A program made the position numbers and the translations under genes. Source: Chloroflexota bacterium (GTDB lineage: Bacteria; Chloroflexota; Limnocylindria; Limnocylindrales; CSP1-4). Taken from it: a stretch of 64,000 bases of DNA. The notes under the pieces are model-generated. The model did no database searches. It had not been told where the DNA came from and saw nothing but the letters and a program-made list of their open reading frames with translations. Every line of letters starts with the position of its first letter. The stretch's first letter is position 1. Where the stretch lies: assembly GCA_040007635.1 (NCBI GenBank), contig JBDTUR010000001.1, positions 9,205-73,204 of the forward strand, written 5' to 3'. Shown piece after piece: positions 9,719 to 18,934 of this stretch.

Positions 9719-12700
9719 CTAGGAAATGGCGCGCTCCGATCCAAACCGGCTGGGGCAGATCAGGCGGTAGTCACACCGCCCGCAGCGCCAGATGTCAGGC
9801 GTCGCGGTGAAATCACCGCCGCGAATGCGGCGCGCCTTTTCGATGAGCGACACACGGAACTCGTCGAGCTGTTGGGGTGTGCGCGTCGTCGACAGACTCA
9901 GGTCGTTTTCCGTGAAGTACAGCGTCAACTTGGTCGCGGCCGGCAAGGGTTGCTTTGTCTGGGGGTCAAGAACCGCGCCCATGGCCGTCGCGAGCGCGTA
10001 TGCGGAAAGCTGCTCGTCCTGATCGACCTCGGACTGCTTCTTCGACTTGCCGGTCTTGTAGTCGATGATCTCGATCGACCCGTCAGCATGGCGATCGATG
10101 CGGTCGATGATGCCGTACAGCAGCACCGGCGCCTCGCCATCGCCCGCCGGCAGCTCGAGCGTGAAGCCCTGTTCGAACCCGACCGCCTGAGCGATGTTCT
10201 TGACCTCGCGCTCATAGAAGCGACGTAGAGCCGGCTCCGCGCGCTTGGCGTAGTGCTCAGCCGCCTGCACGTCGGCATAGTTGCGCGGTTCCCAGGCCGC
10301 GTCGAAAGCCTGCTTCAGCTCTTCGTAGTCCGGCGGCGTGTCGCCTGCTGCGATCGCGTCGCGCCGCTTGCGCGCGTAAACCTCGAAGGCGCTATGGATC
10401 ACGTGGCCAAACTCAAAGTAGCCGGGCGTCGTGGCCACCGGTATGCGGTAGACCTTGTTGAACGCGTACTGGAGCGGGCAATCGCTGTACATGCGCAGCT
10501 GGCTGTGCGAGAAGGTCTGCGGCAGCGCCGTCATCTCGAGCAGTGTCTTGCCCGCTGGGGCGTGGCGCGACAGGACATTGAGCGTGATGGGGTCAAGCCC
10601 GTTGCGGCGCGCCTCGCTGGCCGCGCTGGCCGCCGCCTCAGCGACCTCCACTAGTTCCTGGGTGAGGCTGCGGCGGCCCTCAACGTCGTCCGGCGCCAGG
10701 CCCTCGAGCATGCCGATGATCTCGATCGCGCGGCGGCGTAGCGCGAAGCGGCGTTCGTGGGCGAGCGGCACGGGCATCAGCTTGAGCAGCTGGACTGTCG
10801 TCTCCGGCGTCGTCTCTAGCGCACCGCGACCCAGGTCGTCGACATCTGAAGTGGCCTTTTGGGCGCGTTGTTCGATGACGATGTCATCGGGCGTGGCCGG
10901 GCGCTCGTACTCATCCGATGAGACCGGCGCCAGCGTTGGGCCACCGCGCTCGATCTCCGCCACGAAACGGCTGGGCTGGATCTTGGAACCCGACGGCTGG
11001 AGGGCGCTGAGCAGCAACCGGCTCCGGGCGCGGGTCATCGCCACGAACAGCAAGCGTCGCTCTTCATCGATGGCGTAGTCCTCAGGCGGCTTCTGCTTGA
11101 GGAGCTCGATGGGCAACAGGCGCTGCTCATCGCGCGTGTCCGGGAACTGTTGCTCGACGAGCCGCGGGACGGCGACCGCCTCGTACTCGAGGCCCTTCGC
11201 CTGGTAGATCGTCATGAGCTGCACGCCTTCGACCTCAACGCGGCCCATCTGGTCGGATTCGATGTCGCCCCCAACCTGCTCGTACAGGTCGAGATAGGTG
11301 ACGAACTGGCCCAGGCTGTCGCGCGGATGAGCCGCTTGCCAGTCCGCCACGAAGCGCATCACACGAGCGAGGGCGAGCACGCTCCGCTGGGCGTCAGGCG
11401 TCTCAGCCGCGATCAGGTCGTGCAGCAGGTTGGTGCGGATCATGAAGTCCTCGAGCACGGCGAACGGCCCGTCGCGCTGCCCGCGCGGCACGAGGACATT
11501 GAGCAGGCTGAGCAGCCGCTCGAGCTTCACCCGAAGACGCGCGTCGAGCTGCTCACGGCGCCACACGGCGCGCTGCTCACGGCTACGGCGCTGGCGAACC
11601 GTCTCCGGCTCACGTTCGTCGAAATCGGCGTCGTTCCAGAGCGTCTGTCCAACCGCCGCGCGCAGGGGCGCGTCCTTGGCGAGTGCCGCTGTGGGCGGCT
11701 CGCTGACACTGATCTCGCCCTCGCGCAGGATGTCAGTCGCGGCCTGGTATACGGCACGCCCATCCCACGCGGCTGCATTGGCAACGCGCAGGATCTCTGC
11801 AGCGTCGAGCCGCCATGGGCCTGCCGACAACAGCCGGACGAACGACGCGTTGTCATCTGGGTTGGCGGCCACGCGTAGTGCCGCCACGACGTCGCGGACG
11901 TCGGGCACGTTGAAGAGGCCGGCGCCGCCCACGACGACGTACGGGATGTCCTGCTTGCGCAGCCGCTCAACGATCAGCTCGCGATGGCGGTGGCGCCGAT
12001 ACAGAACGGCGATGTCGCTCCAGCGGCGTGGGCTGGGCAGGCTCGCAAAGGTGTCCTTGATCCAACCGACGACCAGGTCCGCCTCATCCGCCTCGTCAGT
12101 GGCGTGGACTACCCGAACGGGATCGCCCGGTTCCTTGATGGGCGTCAGCGGACCGCTCTTGAGGCGTTTCTGGTTGCGCGCGATAAGGCGGCTCGCGGCG
12201 GAGAGGATGTGCCCTGTTGAGCGGCGGTTCTCGAGCAGCGGCTGGCTGATGACCTTCTGGGCCGGGCGGTCGGGATCCCATGTAGGCGCGAGCTCGAAGC
12301 GCTCCTCGAAACGGCTGAATGCCGCGTACGAAGCACCGCGGAAGCGATAGATGGACTGATCGTCATCGCCCACAACCACCACGTTGTCAGGCTTGTTCGG
12401 CCCACGCCCGACCAGCTCGAGCAGCAGGATCTGGGCCATGTTGGCGTCCTGGAATTCGTCCACAAGGACGTGGCGGAACTGGTCCTGGTAGCGGCGCAGG
12501 ATGTTGGGCCGCTCAGTCAGCAGTTGGATTGCCAGCGCCTGCTGCTCGCCGAAATCGAGCAGGCCGCGCTCACGCAGCGTGGCCTGATAGGTCGCGTAGG
12601 CCTCTGCTTCCTCCCGGACGCGGAGCACTTCGAGCGCCTCCGCGTCGCGGACGAACGTGGGCTGGAGGCCCCTCGCGAGGTTGAGCTGGTCGGGCGTCAT

Positions 12701-13462
12701 CTCGCTCGGCCAGAGCAGATCGCCAGTGCCGGACGCCTCACGCCGCGCTTCGCGAAACGCCGACTTGAGGGCCTTGTCTCGGCCCTCCTTGATCAGGTCA
12801 CGGCGGACGATGTTGATCTGCCACAGGGTCCCGCGCGACTCACGGTCACGCAGGTCCGCGACCGCCTTGTCGAACTCGCCCTCCCCGTGCGCAGCATCAA
12901 ACTCGGCGCGCTTGCGCTGGGCATAGGCCATGTATTCATCCGGCGTGACCAGCTCATCCTTGGCGCGACTGATGACATCGGCAAAGCGCGCCGCGCCATT
13001 CAGATCACGCGCCATTGGGTGGTACAGGAAGTGGGCGAAGTGCGGCCGCAGCTCACGCAGCAGCAGGCGCTGGCCCACCCCGTCGAGCACGTCGCTGCTG
13101 TCAGCGAGCCCGAGGTCCGCCCGATGGTCCGACAGGATGCGGTTGCCAAACGAATGGAAGTTGTGCACCCACAGCCGGCTCGCGGTTTCGAGCCCCAGGA
13201 GCTGCTCGAGCCGCTCGATCAACTCCGCCGCCGCGCGCACGTTGTACGTCAGAACAAGGACGTTCTCCGGCGCCAGGCCAGGCTGAGTGCCCAGCAGATG
13301 ACGCACGCGCTCGACCACGACCGTGGTCTTACCGGTGCCCGCGCCGGCAAGCACCATAAGCGGCCCGTCGCCCCATTCGACTGCGGCCCGCTGTTCGTCC
13401 GTCAGCTCAAACTTGCGACCCTCGATCGCAGATCCCCTCTCCGCAACCACCATCGCTGCCAA
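9719..13462 (-). CDS. ATP-dependent UvrD/PcrA/AddA-type DNA helicase fused to a C-terminal PD-(D/E)XK Cas4/AddB-like Fe-S nuclease domain
   Basis: Helicase motifs are present: AGAGTGKTT (I), VDEFQDAN (II), VVGDDDQSIYRFRGA (III) and FVAMTRARSRLLL (VI). The C-terminus carries YSDCPLQY...IIDRIDRH..IEIIDYKTGK...CGRCDYRLIC, a four-Cys Fe-S nuclease. 1247 aa. Confidence 0.85.
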   Translation of the reverse strand: MAAMVVAERGSAIEGRKFELTDEQRAAVEWGDGPLMVLAGAGTGKTTVVVERVRHLLGTQPGLAPENVLVLTYNVRAAAELIERLEQLLGLETASRLWVHNFHSFGNRILSDHRADLGLADSSDVLDGVGQRLLLRELRPHFAHFLYHPMARDLNGAARFADVISRAKDELVTPDEYMAYAQRKRAEFDAAHGEGEFDKAVADLRDRESRGTLWQINIVRRDLIKEGRDKALKSAFREARREASGTGDLLWPSEMTPDQLNLARGLQPTFVRDAEALEVLRVREEAEAYATYQATLRERGLLDFGEQQALAIQLLTERPNILRRYQDQFRHVLVDEFQDANMAQILLLELVGRGPNKPDNVVVVGDDDQSIYRFRGASYAAFSRFEERFELAPTWDPDRPAQKVISQPLLENRRSTGHILSAASRLIARNQKRLKSGPLTPIKEPGDPVRVVHATDEADEADLVVGWIKDTFASLPSPRRWSDIAVLYRRHRHRELIVERLRKQDIPYVVVGGAGLFNVPDVRDVVAALRVAANPDDNASFVRLLSAGPWRLDAAEILRVANAAAWDGRAVYQAATDILREGEISVSEPPTAALAKDAPLRAAVGQTLWNDADFDEREPETVRQRRSREQRAVWRREQLDARLRVKLERLLSLLNVLVPRGQRDGPFAVLEDFMIRTNLLHDLIAAETPDAQRSVLALARVMRFVADWQAAHPRDSLGQFVTYLDLYEQVGGDIESDQMGRVEVEGVQLMTIYQAKGLEYEAVAVPRLVEQQFPDTRDEQRLLPIELLKQKPPEDYAIDEERRLLFVAMTRARSRLLLSALQPSGSKIQPSRFVAEIERGGPTLAPVSSDEYERPATPDDIVIEQRAQKATSDVDDLGRGALETTPETTVQLLKLMPVPLAHERRFALRRRAIEIIGMLEGLAPDDVEGRRSLTQELVEVAEAAASAASEARRNGLDPITLNVLSRHAPAGKTLLEMTALPQTFSHSQLRMYSDCPLQYAFNKVYRIPVATTPGYFEFGHVIHSAFEVYARKRRDAIAAGDTPPDYEELKQAFDAAWEPRNYADVQAAEHYAKRAEPALRRFYEREVKNIAQAVGFEQGFTLELPAGDGEAPVLLYGIIDRIDRHADGSIEIIDYKTGKSKKQSEVDQDEQLSAYALATAMGAVLDPQTKQPLPAATKLTLYFTENDLSLSTTRTPQQLDEFRVSLIEKARRIRGGDFTATPDIWRCGRCDYRLICPSRFGSERAIS

Positions 13463-13464
13463 GG

Positions 13465-14163
13465 CTAAGACTTTGGCGTGCCACCTTGTGCGTCACGCGG
13501 TTTAAGGCTCAGCAGGACAACCCCATTGCCACCTGGGTCGCGTGCTGCGCTGAGTGCCGCCATGACTTGGCGCGTGGTCAGCGGGAACGCTGCTGCAACG
13601 ATGTCTCGAGCGGCGTTCATTGCCCGGCGGTTCGCGTGGGTCGCCGCGACCACAACGACCAACCGATCGACCGTTCCGTCGCGCTGCTTCAGTTCGAACG
13701 CACGCAACTGCGCCTGGCAATCGTGAAATCGGCTGACGAATTCGAGCGCGCAACGGCAACCGGGGAGTTCCAGCACTCCATCCCACGCGCGCAGGTCACC
13801 GGGAGCGTCTGATACAGGGACCTCGGGCCGGAACCGGTGATCAGCGGGCAGCCTAGCCCGGAGCCCGGTGATGAGCTGAACGGACGCGGCGTCGCGCAGC
13901 GCATCGCCGTCCGGGTATGCGCGTATCCGGGCCCGCAATCCCACTGCAGCCGCATGGCGCGCCAGCTGCTCAGATCGCGCACCCGGCGTGCGAGCTCGCT
14001 CCGTGTCGAGAATCGTCGATGGGGCGACACCGACTGCCCGGCCGACCCCGCGCAGCGTTAGCCCGGCACTCAGCCGAGCCGTACGGAGATCGGCGCCGAA
14101 TTCCTGAAGGTCGCGCTGCATCAGCCATGCCGCGCGCTCGAGGCGTCGCTCTCTATTTGCCAT
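13465..14163 (-). CDS. HTH (XRE-like) domain protein with an uncharacterised C-terminal domain, immediately upstream of the helicase-nuclease
   Basis: GLTLRGVGRAVGVAPSTILDTERAR helix-turn-helix. Its stop lies 2 nt from the helicase start. Confidence 0.55.
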   Translation of the reverse strand: MANRERRLERAAWLMQRDLQEFGADLRTARLSAGLTLRGVGRAVGVAPSTILDTERARTPGARSEQLARHAAAVGLRARIRAYPDGDALRDAASVQLITGLRARLPADHRFRPEVPVSDAPGDLRAWDGVLELPGCRCALEFVSRFHDCQAQLRAFELKQRDGTVDRLVVVVAATHANRRAMNAARDIVAAAFPLTTRQVMAALSAARDPGGNGVVLLSLKPRDAQGGTPKS

Positions 14164-14208
14164 CCGGACACTATGCGAATTCCGGCTTACCGGCCGCTTA
14201 GCGCGTTG

Positions 14209-14223
14209 TTCGCCACGGGCGAA
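14209..14223. promoter_or_regulatory. Inverted repeat TTCGCC-ACG-GGCGAA 45 bp upstream of the HTH gene start. Candidate operator.
   Basis: Perfect 6-bp arms with a 3-bp spacer, seen directly in the sequence. Confidence 0.3.
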
Positions 14224-14287
14224 ATAGCAGCCAACTTCGCCCTAACTTCGCCCTAACTTGGCGCCCAAAGTGTGTCCTGGCTGCCCA

Positions 14288-14310
14288 TTTGTTCGGCGCC
14301 CGCGAACAAA
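14288..14310. promoter_or_regulatory. Inverted repeat TTTGTTCG-GCGCCCG-CGAACAAA. Candidate operator (not an intrinsic terminator: no U-tract).
   Basis: 8-bp perfect arms. A tandem direct repeat AACTTCGCCCTA x2 lies at 14233-14256 in the same 245-bp intergenic region. Confidence 0.3.
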
Positions 14311-14407
14311 GAGGAAAGACTGAGGCCCTTCTTGGCCGCTACTTCGCTGCCAGCGAACAAACAGCCACGGGCTGAACAGGTTGGCGCGGACGGGGCTCCA
14401 AGCCGGG

Positions 14408-15206
14408 TCAGGAGGCGCGCGGCGCTACCGGGGCGTGGAACTGCTCGGCGCGGATGTTGGCCGCCGCGACGCCGGCCGCCAAAAGGACGCGCCGGCACGC
14501 CTCGATCATGTCCGGGTTGCCGCACAAGTACGCCGTCGAGTCGACAAGCGCGGGGTTGTCCAGAAGGAGTCGCTCAACCTGGGATTCGGCGCGGCCCACC
14601 GGGCCACTCCAACCTGAGTTGCGCCGCTCATGGGGCCGCGACACGGTCGGACGGTAGTCGATCGGCACGCCGCCAACCTGCCAGTCGCTGACGCGCGCCG
14701 CGTAGGCAAGCTCGGCGAACCACGAGACGCCATGGATCAGCACGTTGGGCGTGGTATCGCCGCGCGCGGACAAATCGTCGAGCATCGCCAGCAGCGGCGC
14801 CAGGCCTGTCCCGGTGCCGATCATTAGCCTGGGCCGCAGGTCAGCCGAATCCAGCACGAACAACCCACGGGCCGGCCCAACGTGCAGCCGCGCGCCCACG
14901 CGCAGCGCCCACAACATGTTTGAGAGTCGACCGTCGGGTAGGCGCCGGACAAACAGCTCGACCCGGGTCCCAGTTCGGTCGAGGGCGACGATCGAGTACG
15001 GCCGCTGAACCAACTTACCGTCGTGCTCGACGCCGAGCGACACGTACTGGCCGGGCTTGTACGCCCCGAGCGGCACATCGAGCACAAGGGCGAAGACGCC
15101 CAGCGTGCCCGTGACCTCGACGCGCGAGGCGAGCGTCGCGTTGGCAAGCACGGGATGCTGCCTGGATGCGACGCTGCGAGCCGGCAGCGAACGAAGCATG
15201 GTCATG
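14408..15206 (-). CDS. Ferredoxin-NADP+ reductase-type FAD/NAD(P)-binding oxidoreductase
   Basis: RPYSIV (FAD-binding RxYS motif) and GTGLAPLLAML (NAD(P)-binding). The ATG at 15206 overlaps the ferredoxin TGA (ATGA). Confidence 0.8.
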
Positions 15207-15498
15207 CCGCCGCTCCCGACAGCACCTCGGCCAGGACATCGCGCGCGGCACCCGCATCCCGGAACCAGGCCGCATCGATCCAGGCGTAGTCGGCCCACTT
15301 GGCGGGCAGGTCGGCCAAGGGATAGATCGCGTTGTTGGGACATACGGACAAGCACGAGCCGCACTCGATGCAGCCGTCGGGATCGATGTGGAACTTCCGA
15401 TCAATGCCCTCGACCGACGAGATGCAGTCGACCGGGCAGACCGCGACGCACGACTGATCCATGTGGTCGACGCACGGCTCGGCGATTACATAGGTCAT
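15202..15498 (-). CDS. 7Fe-type ferredoxin ([3Fe-4S][4Fe-4S], FdxA-like)
   Basis: MTYVIAEPCVDHMDQSCVAVCPVDCI...CIECGSCLSVCP, two Cys clusters; 98 aa. It lies inside a longer annotated ORF. Confidence 0.85.
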   Translation of the reverse strand: MTYVIAEPCVDHMDQSCVAVCPVDCISSVEGIDRKFHIDPDGCIECGSCLSVCPNNAIYPLADLPAKWADYAWIDAAWFRDAGAARDVLAEVLSGAAA

Positions 15499-16214
15499 GG
15501 CTGGAACTCCTGTGCTACGGGTACGGGTGCCTTGACGCGCGCTGCGGGACGAACCCCGCTGGCGAGGCTCAAAGTGATGCGGTAGACGAGCAGGAAGGCC
15601 ACGGCGACGGTGGCGATGGTGTAGGCCCAGAAAGCCCAGGCGGCGGGTGAGTCGGTGCCCGACATCAGGCCGTGTGCGGTCGCACCCACAAAGGCCAACA
15701 GCGTCGTGTAGTGGAGCAGTCGCCAGGCGCGCTGGCCAATCCGCCGGCGCACGCTGAACGACGCGTACACCGCGATCATCAGGTAGAAGGTGACCTGGCC
15801 GATGCCCACCCATTCAGGCCGGTACGGGCCGGCGAACGGGATGATCAGTTGGCGCACGGTCTGGGGCACGAAGGTGTCGAGCGCCAGCACGGCACCGTGC
15901 AACGCGGTCAGACCGATGGCGACCGCAGACAGATCCTGGTGCAGCGTGAAGGACACCACCCGGTGGGCGATCCGGTCGAGGATGCCAGTCGACAGCAGCA
16001 GCCCGTAGACCACTGATATGGCCAGCGCCCCGTACGCGAGGAAGCCCAGGACGCGCGTCGTGTACCAGGAGAGGCTGTCCTGATGCGCTGTCACCCAGTC
16101 AACGGCCAGGCCGGTGGCTGTGGGCGCGGTCGCGTAAAGGACCATCGTGACCGCGAGGCCGAACAACCCCCAGCGCAGCAGCCGCGTGCGCGGGCTCAGT
16201 CCTTGGTACTTCAT
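15495..16214 (-). CDS. Ferric-reductase-like transmembrane domain protein (di-heme b, MsrQ/FRD-type) without a fused FAD/NAD domain
   Basis: About six TM helices with conserved His in adjacent helices (HQDL...HGAVLALD; HYTTLLAFVGATAHGL). The ATG at 16214 overlaps the ApbE stop (ATGA). Confidence 0.65.
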   Translation of the reverse strand: MKYQGLSPRTRLLRWGLFGLAVTMVLYATAPTATGLAVDWVTAHQDSLSWYTTRVLGFLAYGALAISVVYGLLLSTGILDRIAHRVVSFTLHQDLSAVAIGLTALHGAVLALDTFVPQTVRQLIIPFAGPYRPEWVGIGQVTFYLMIAVYASFSVRRRIGQRAWRLLHYTTLLAFVGATAHGLMSGTDSPAAWAFWAYTIATVAVAFLLVYRITLSLASGVRPAARVKAPVPVAQEFQP

Positions 16215-17164
16215 GCCAGCCACGCCTCGACGCCGGGCAGGCTGACCACGCTGTTGTCCTCGAGCAGCAGGATCGCGGCCAGGGCGGCCGATCGAGCCAG
16301 AAAACCCAGCGCTTCGTGCGAGCCCAGGATGACGGCCGACTTGGCGATCATCTCCGCCTCACGCGCGCTAGGCGCGATCACAGTCGCCTGGACGACATCG
16401 GTTTGCGCCGGCTGACGGGTGCGCCGATCGATGAGATGGTGAGTCAGCCGACCATCCGCCAACTGCCAGTGATGGACGCTTGTGCCGGACGTCGCGACGC
16501 CGTAGCTCGCGGTCCACGAAGTGCCACCGCGCAACTTGAGCGTGGCAAGCGGTGGCGGCTCGACGCCTTCCGCCGCGAGTCGCGGATCCGCAATATCGAC
16601 CAGCCACTCGACGCCGCGGTCGGCGCGCAGGGCGATGTCGCCATCGGCGTCGACAACCACTCCCGGCCAGTGCGCCAGCAGGTCTGCCGCGCGGTCCGCG
16701 ATCCAACCTTTGGCCGTGCCATCGAGGTCGATGCGCACTCCTGGATCGCGCTCGACGATCGAGTCGCGCGCGGTGCCCAGTAGCTGCCACGTCCAACCAT
16801 TGGGTGTGGGCGAAGGCTCGAGGGCGGTCGCTGACTCGGCCGCGAGCCGCGCGTCGAGCAAGGTCGAGTCCACGACCCCGTCGGTGCGCTGCTGGGCCGT
16901 TTTGGCCCAGTGCAGCGCGGCGGCGAGTGTGGGCCTGACCGAAACGCGCGACTCGGCGGCCGAGTTCAGGTAGGAGAGATGGGATGCGTCGTTGAAGCGC
17001 GTCAGGCGCGCGGCCCAGGTCTCGACGCGCTGCACGGTGCGTCGCGCATCGATCTGTGCCTGCACAATGCGCTCGGGCTCCGCGGTGATGAAGACGCTGA
17101 GCGTCCCGCCCATCGACGGCGTTGAATGGGCCACGGTCTGGTAGTCGATTGCGTGCTCGTTCAT
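16211..17164 (-). CDS. apbE: FAD:protein FMN transferase (ApbE family flavin transferase)
   Basis: 317 aa of ApbE-like sequence, e.g. HSTPSMGGTLSV. Its start overlaps the stop of the upstream B2 gene (ATGA). Confidence 0.8.
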   Translation of the reverse strand: MNEHAIDYQTVAHSTPSMGGTLSVFITAEPERIVQAQIDARRTVQRVETWAARLTRFNDASHLSYLNSAAESRVSVRPTLAAALHWAKTAQQRTDGVVDSTLLDARLAAESATALEPSPTPNGWTWQLLGTARDSIVERDPGVRIDLDGTAKGWIADRAADLLAHWPGVVVDADGDIALRADRGVEWLVDIADPRLAAEGVEPPPLATLKLRGGTSWTASYGVATSGTSVHHWQLADGRLTHHLIDRRTRQPAQTDVVQATVIAPSAREAEMIAKSAVILGSHEALGFLARSAALAAILLLEDNSVVSLPGVEAWLA

Positions 17165-17745
17165 GGCCGCTTGCCTGACTGACGCGTGACAGGTTTGGGC
17201 GCGGCAGGGCGCGCCGCGGGCTGTGCTGCTTGGCCGCTGGGAGCGTTATGCGTAACGACGATCCGTGGCGTGGGGGCATTGGCGGCGATGACCTTCGCGC
17301 CTGGTGGCGCCGTCTCCCCGGGCTTGAGCTGGATGTACTGGGTCACATGCTGGACCGTCGTGGCGGGCACCTGTGCGACGGCATTGGGTTCAGCCGTAGG
17401 GTCGGATGCGCCGCTTTGGTCGGCGGTGGCGGCGAAGTCTGGCTGCACGAGTCCGACAGCCATGACACTCATCGCCGCCACCGCCCCGGCGCCGTAGACG
17501 AAGCGCATCGGCCGCGCATCGGGCTTGGACTGGCGGGAGTCCGTGCGCGCTGGTCGAGCGTCAGAAGGAGGGCGGGCCGCTGGGGCCGGCTGGGCTGAGC
17601 GCGCCATCTCGGCGGCCACCTCTCGCGCCAGGGCCATGATCATGTCGCGCGACACGCCGTCGGGCAGCTGCATGTCTGCAGGTTGCGCGGGCATGTTGCG
17701 TGCTGGCCGCGGCGGCAGCGGGGGGAGCGGACGATTGACTGGCAT
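17161..17745 (-). CDS. Pro/Ala-rich single-pass membrane protein, module B copy 2 (paralog of 18209-18934)
   Basis: Shared core MRFVYGAGAVAAMSVMAVGLVQPDF and YIQLKPGETAPPGAKVIAANAPTPRIV with its paralog. An SGAS motif follows the TM helix. The ATG shares the A of the A2 gene's TGA stop (TGATG, 1-nt overlap). Confidence 0.55.
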   Translation of the reverse strand: MPVNRPLPPLPPRPARNMPAQPADMQLPDGVSRDMIMALAREVAAEMARSAQPAPAARPPSDARPARTDSRQSKPDARPMRFVYGAGAVAAMSVMAVGLVQPDFAATADQSGASDPTAEPNAVAQVPATTVQHVTQYIQLKPGETAPPGAKVIAANAPTPRIVVTHNAPSGQAAQPAARPAAPKPVTRQSGKRP

Positions 17746-18080
17746 CAGTCGCCGCCTCGCTCGCCGCGATCGCCGCGATCGCCACGCTCGCCGTCACCTT
17801 GGCTGCGGGGCCGGCTGACTGTCGGCGCCGGCGTGGTGTTGTGGCGCGGCTTGTTGACGTGAACCACTGCCGGCTGCGGCGTGGGCTCGACGTAAACCTT
17901 GTCGATGACCGTCTTGGTCGTGTCAGGCGCTGCGGCCGCAGTCTGGTCACTGGCGGGTGTTGCGGCTGAGGTGTGAGCTGCCGTCGGCGCGGCAGAGAAG
18001 AGCCCACCCAGGTTCATTGCCAGGGCAAGGACGGCTGCCGCGCCGACACCACCGAGAAAGATTGCGAGCCGGTGAACCAT
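17745..18080 (-). CDS. Small signal-anchored protein with a collagen-like GDR/GER acidic tail, module A copy 2 (paralog of 18934-19422)
   Basis: Starts MVHRLAIFLGGVGAAAVLALA and has a GGAGG RBS 10 nt upstream of the ATG at 18080. The longer listed ORF (to 18155) has no RBS. Confidence 0.5.
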   Translation of the reverse strand: MVHRLAIFLGGVGAAAVLALAMNLGGLFSAAPTAAHTSAATPASDQTAAAAPDTTKTVIDKVYVEPTPQPAVVHVNKPRHNTTPAPTVSRPRSQGDGERGDRGDRGERGGD

Positions 18081-18208
18081 TTGCTTCGAGCCTCCGTTGT
18101 GCTTATCTGCTTCGGAGTCTGTCAGCGCGTTCTGTGGCCTCCATTTGCGACGCATTGGAGTTCGCTCACGCGGCGCAAGGCAGGCCCAGGGAGGACCCCG
18201 GGCAGGCC

Positions 18209-18934
18209 TTAGGGATGACCCGATTGACGCGTGGTGGGCTTGGGCGTGGGGCGAGGTGTGGGGCGCGGAGTCGCGGCTGGGCCCTGGGTGGGCCGGGGCG
18301 TGGTACTCACGCCACCGCCATTACCGCCGCCGCCATTTCCGCCGCCAGCGTTGCCGCCACCGCTGTGGGGCCGCGGCGTTGCCGTTGGGTCGGGGTTCGA
18401 TTGGTGGTTGCGCACGATGCGCGGCGGTGGCGCGCTCGCTGATATGACTGTCGCCCCGGGCGGTGCCGTCTGGCCGGGCTTGAGATAGACGTAGCGGATC
18501 ACGTGACGCACCTTGCCGCCGCGCCCACCCCCGCTGGTGCCGGTGGCATCGGGTTGGGCAGCGTCGGTGCCATCAGGCAGGAGCGCGATCGCACCCGGAT
18601 CGTCTGTTGGGTTGAAGCTTTCATCGGTTGGGCCCGGATCGGCGGTCGAGGTCCAGTCGGGTTGCACGAGGCCCACGGCCATGATGCTCATTGCCGCAAC
18701 CGCGCCTGCGCCGTAGACCACGCGCATTGGCCGTGGATCGGGCCGATTGGCGGGACGGCGTGCGGGCCCCCCAGCGCTGCCGGCGGTGGCCGGACGATGC
18801 TCGATCCCCGCGCGTGGCCGCGAGGCGCGCGGGACGTCAGCCGCGACCGCCTCCGCCTCTTCGCCGCGCCGTGGCGGCAGCGGCCGGCCAGACGTCGCCG
18901 ATCTTCGCCCGGAATCAGGCTCTTGAGCGGCCAT
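18209..18934 (-). CDS. Pro/Ala/Gly-rich single-pass membrane protein, module B copy 1
   Basis: About 45% identity over the core with 17161-17745 (MRVVYGAGAVAAMSIMAVGLVQPDW; YVYLKPGQTAPPGATVISASAPPPRIV). Confidence 0.55.
   Translation of the reverse strand: MAAQEPDSGRRSATSGRPLPPRRGEEAEAVAADVPRASRPRAGIEHRPATAGSAGGPARRPANRPDPRPMRVVYGAGAVAAMSIMAVGLVQPDWTSTADPGPTDESFNPTDDPGAIALLPDGTDAAQPDATGTSGGGRGGKVRHVIRYVYLKPGQTAPPGATVISASAPPPRIVRNHQSNPDPTATPRPHSGGGNAGGGNGGGGNGGGVSTTPRPTQGPAATPRPTPRPTPKPTTRQSGHP

Noticed and set aside
14288-14310. Palindrome considered as a rho-independent terminator of the upstream minus-strand operon
   Set aside because: No U-tract follows the stem on the minus strand (the hairpin is followed by AUGGGC), so I prefer an operator interpretation.
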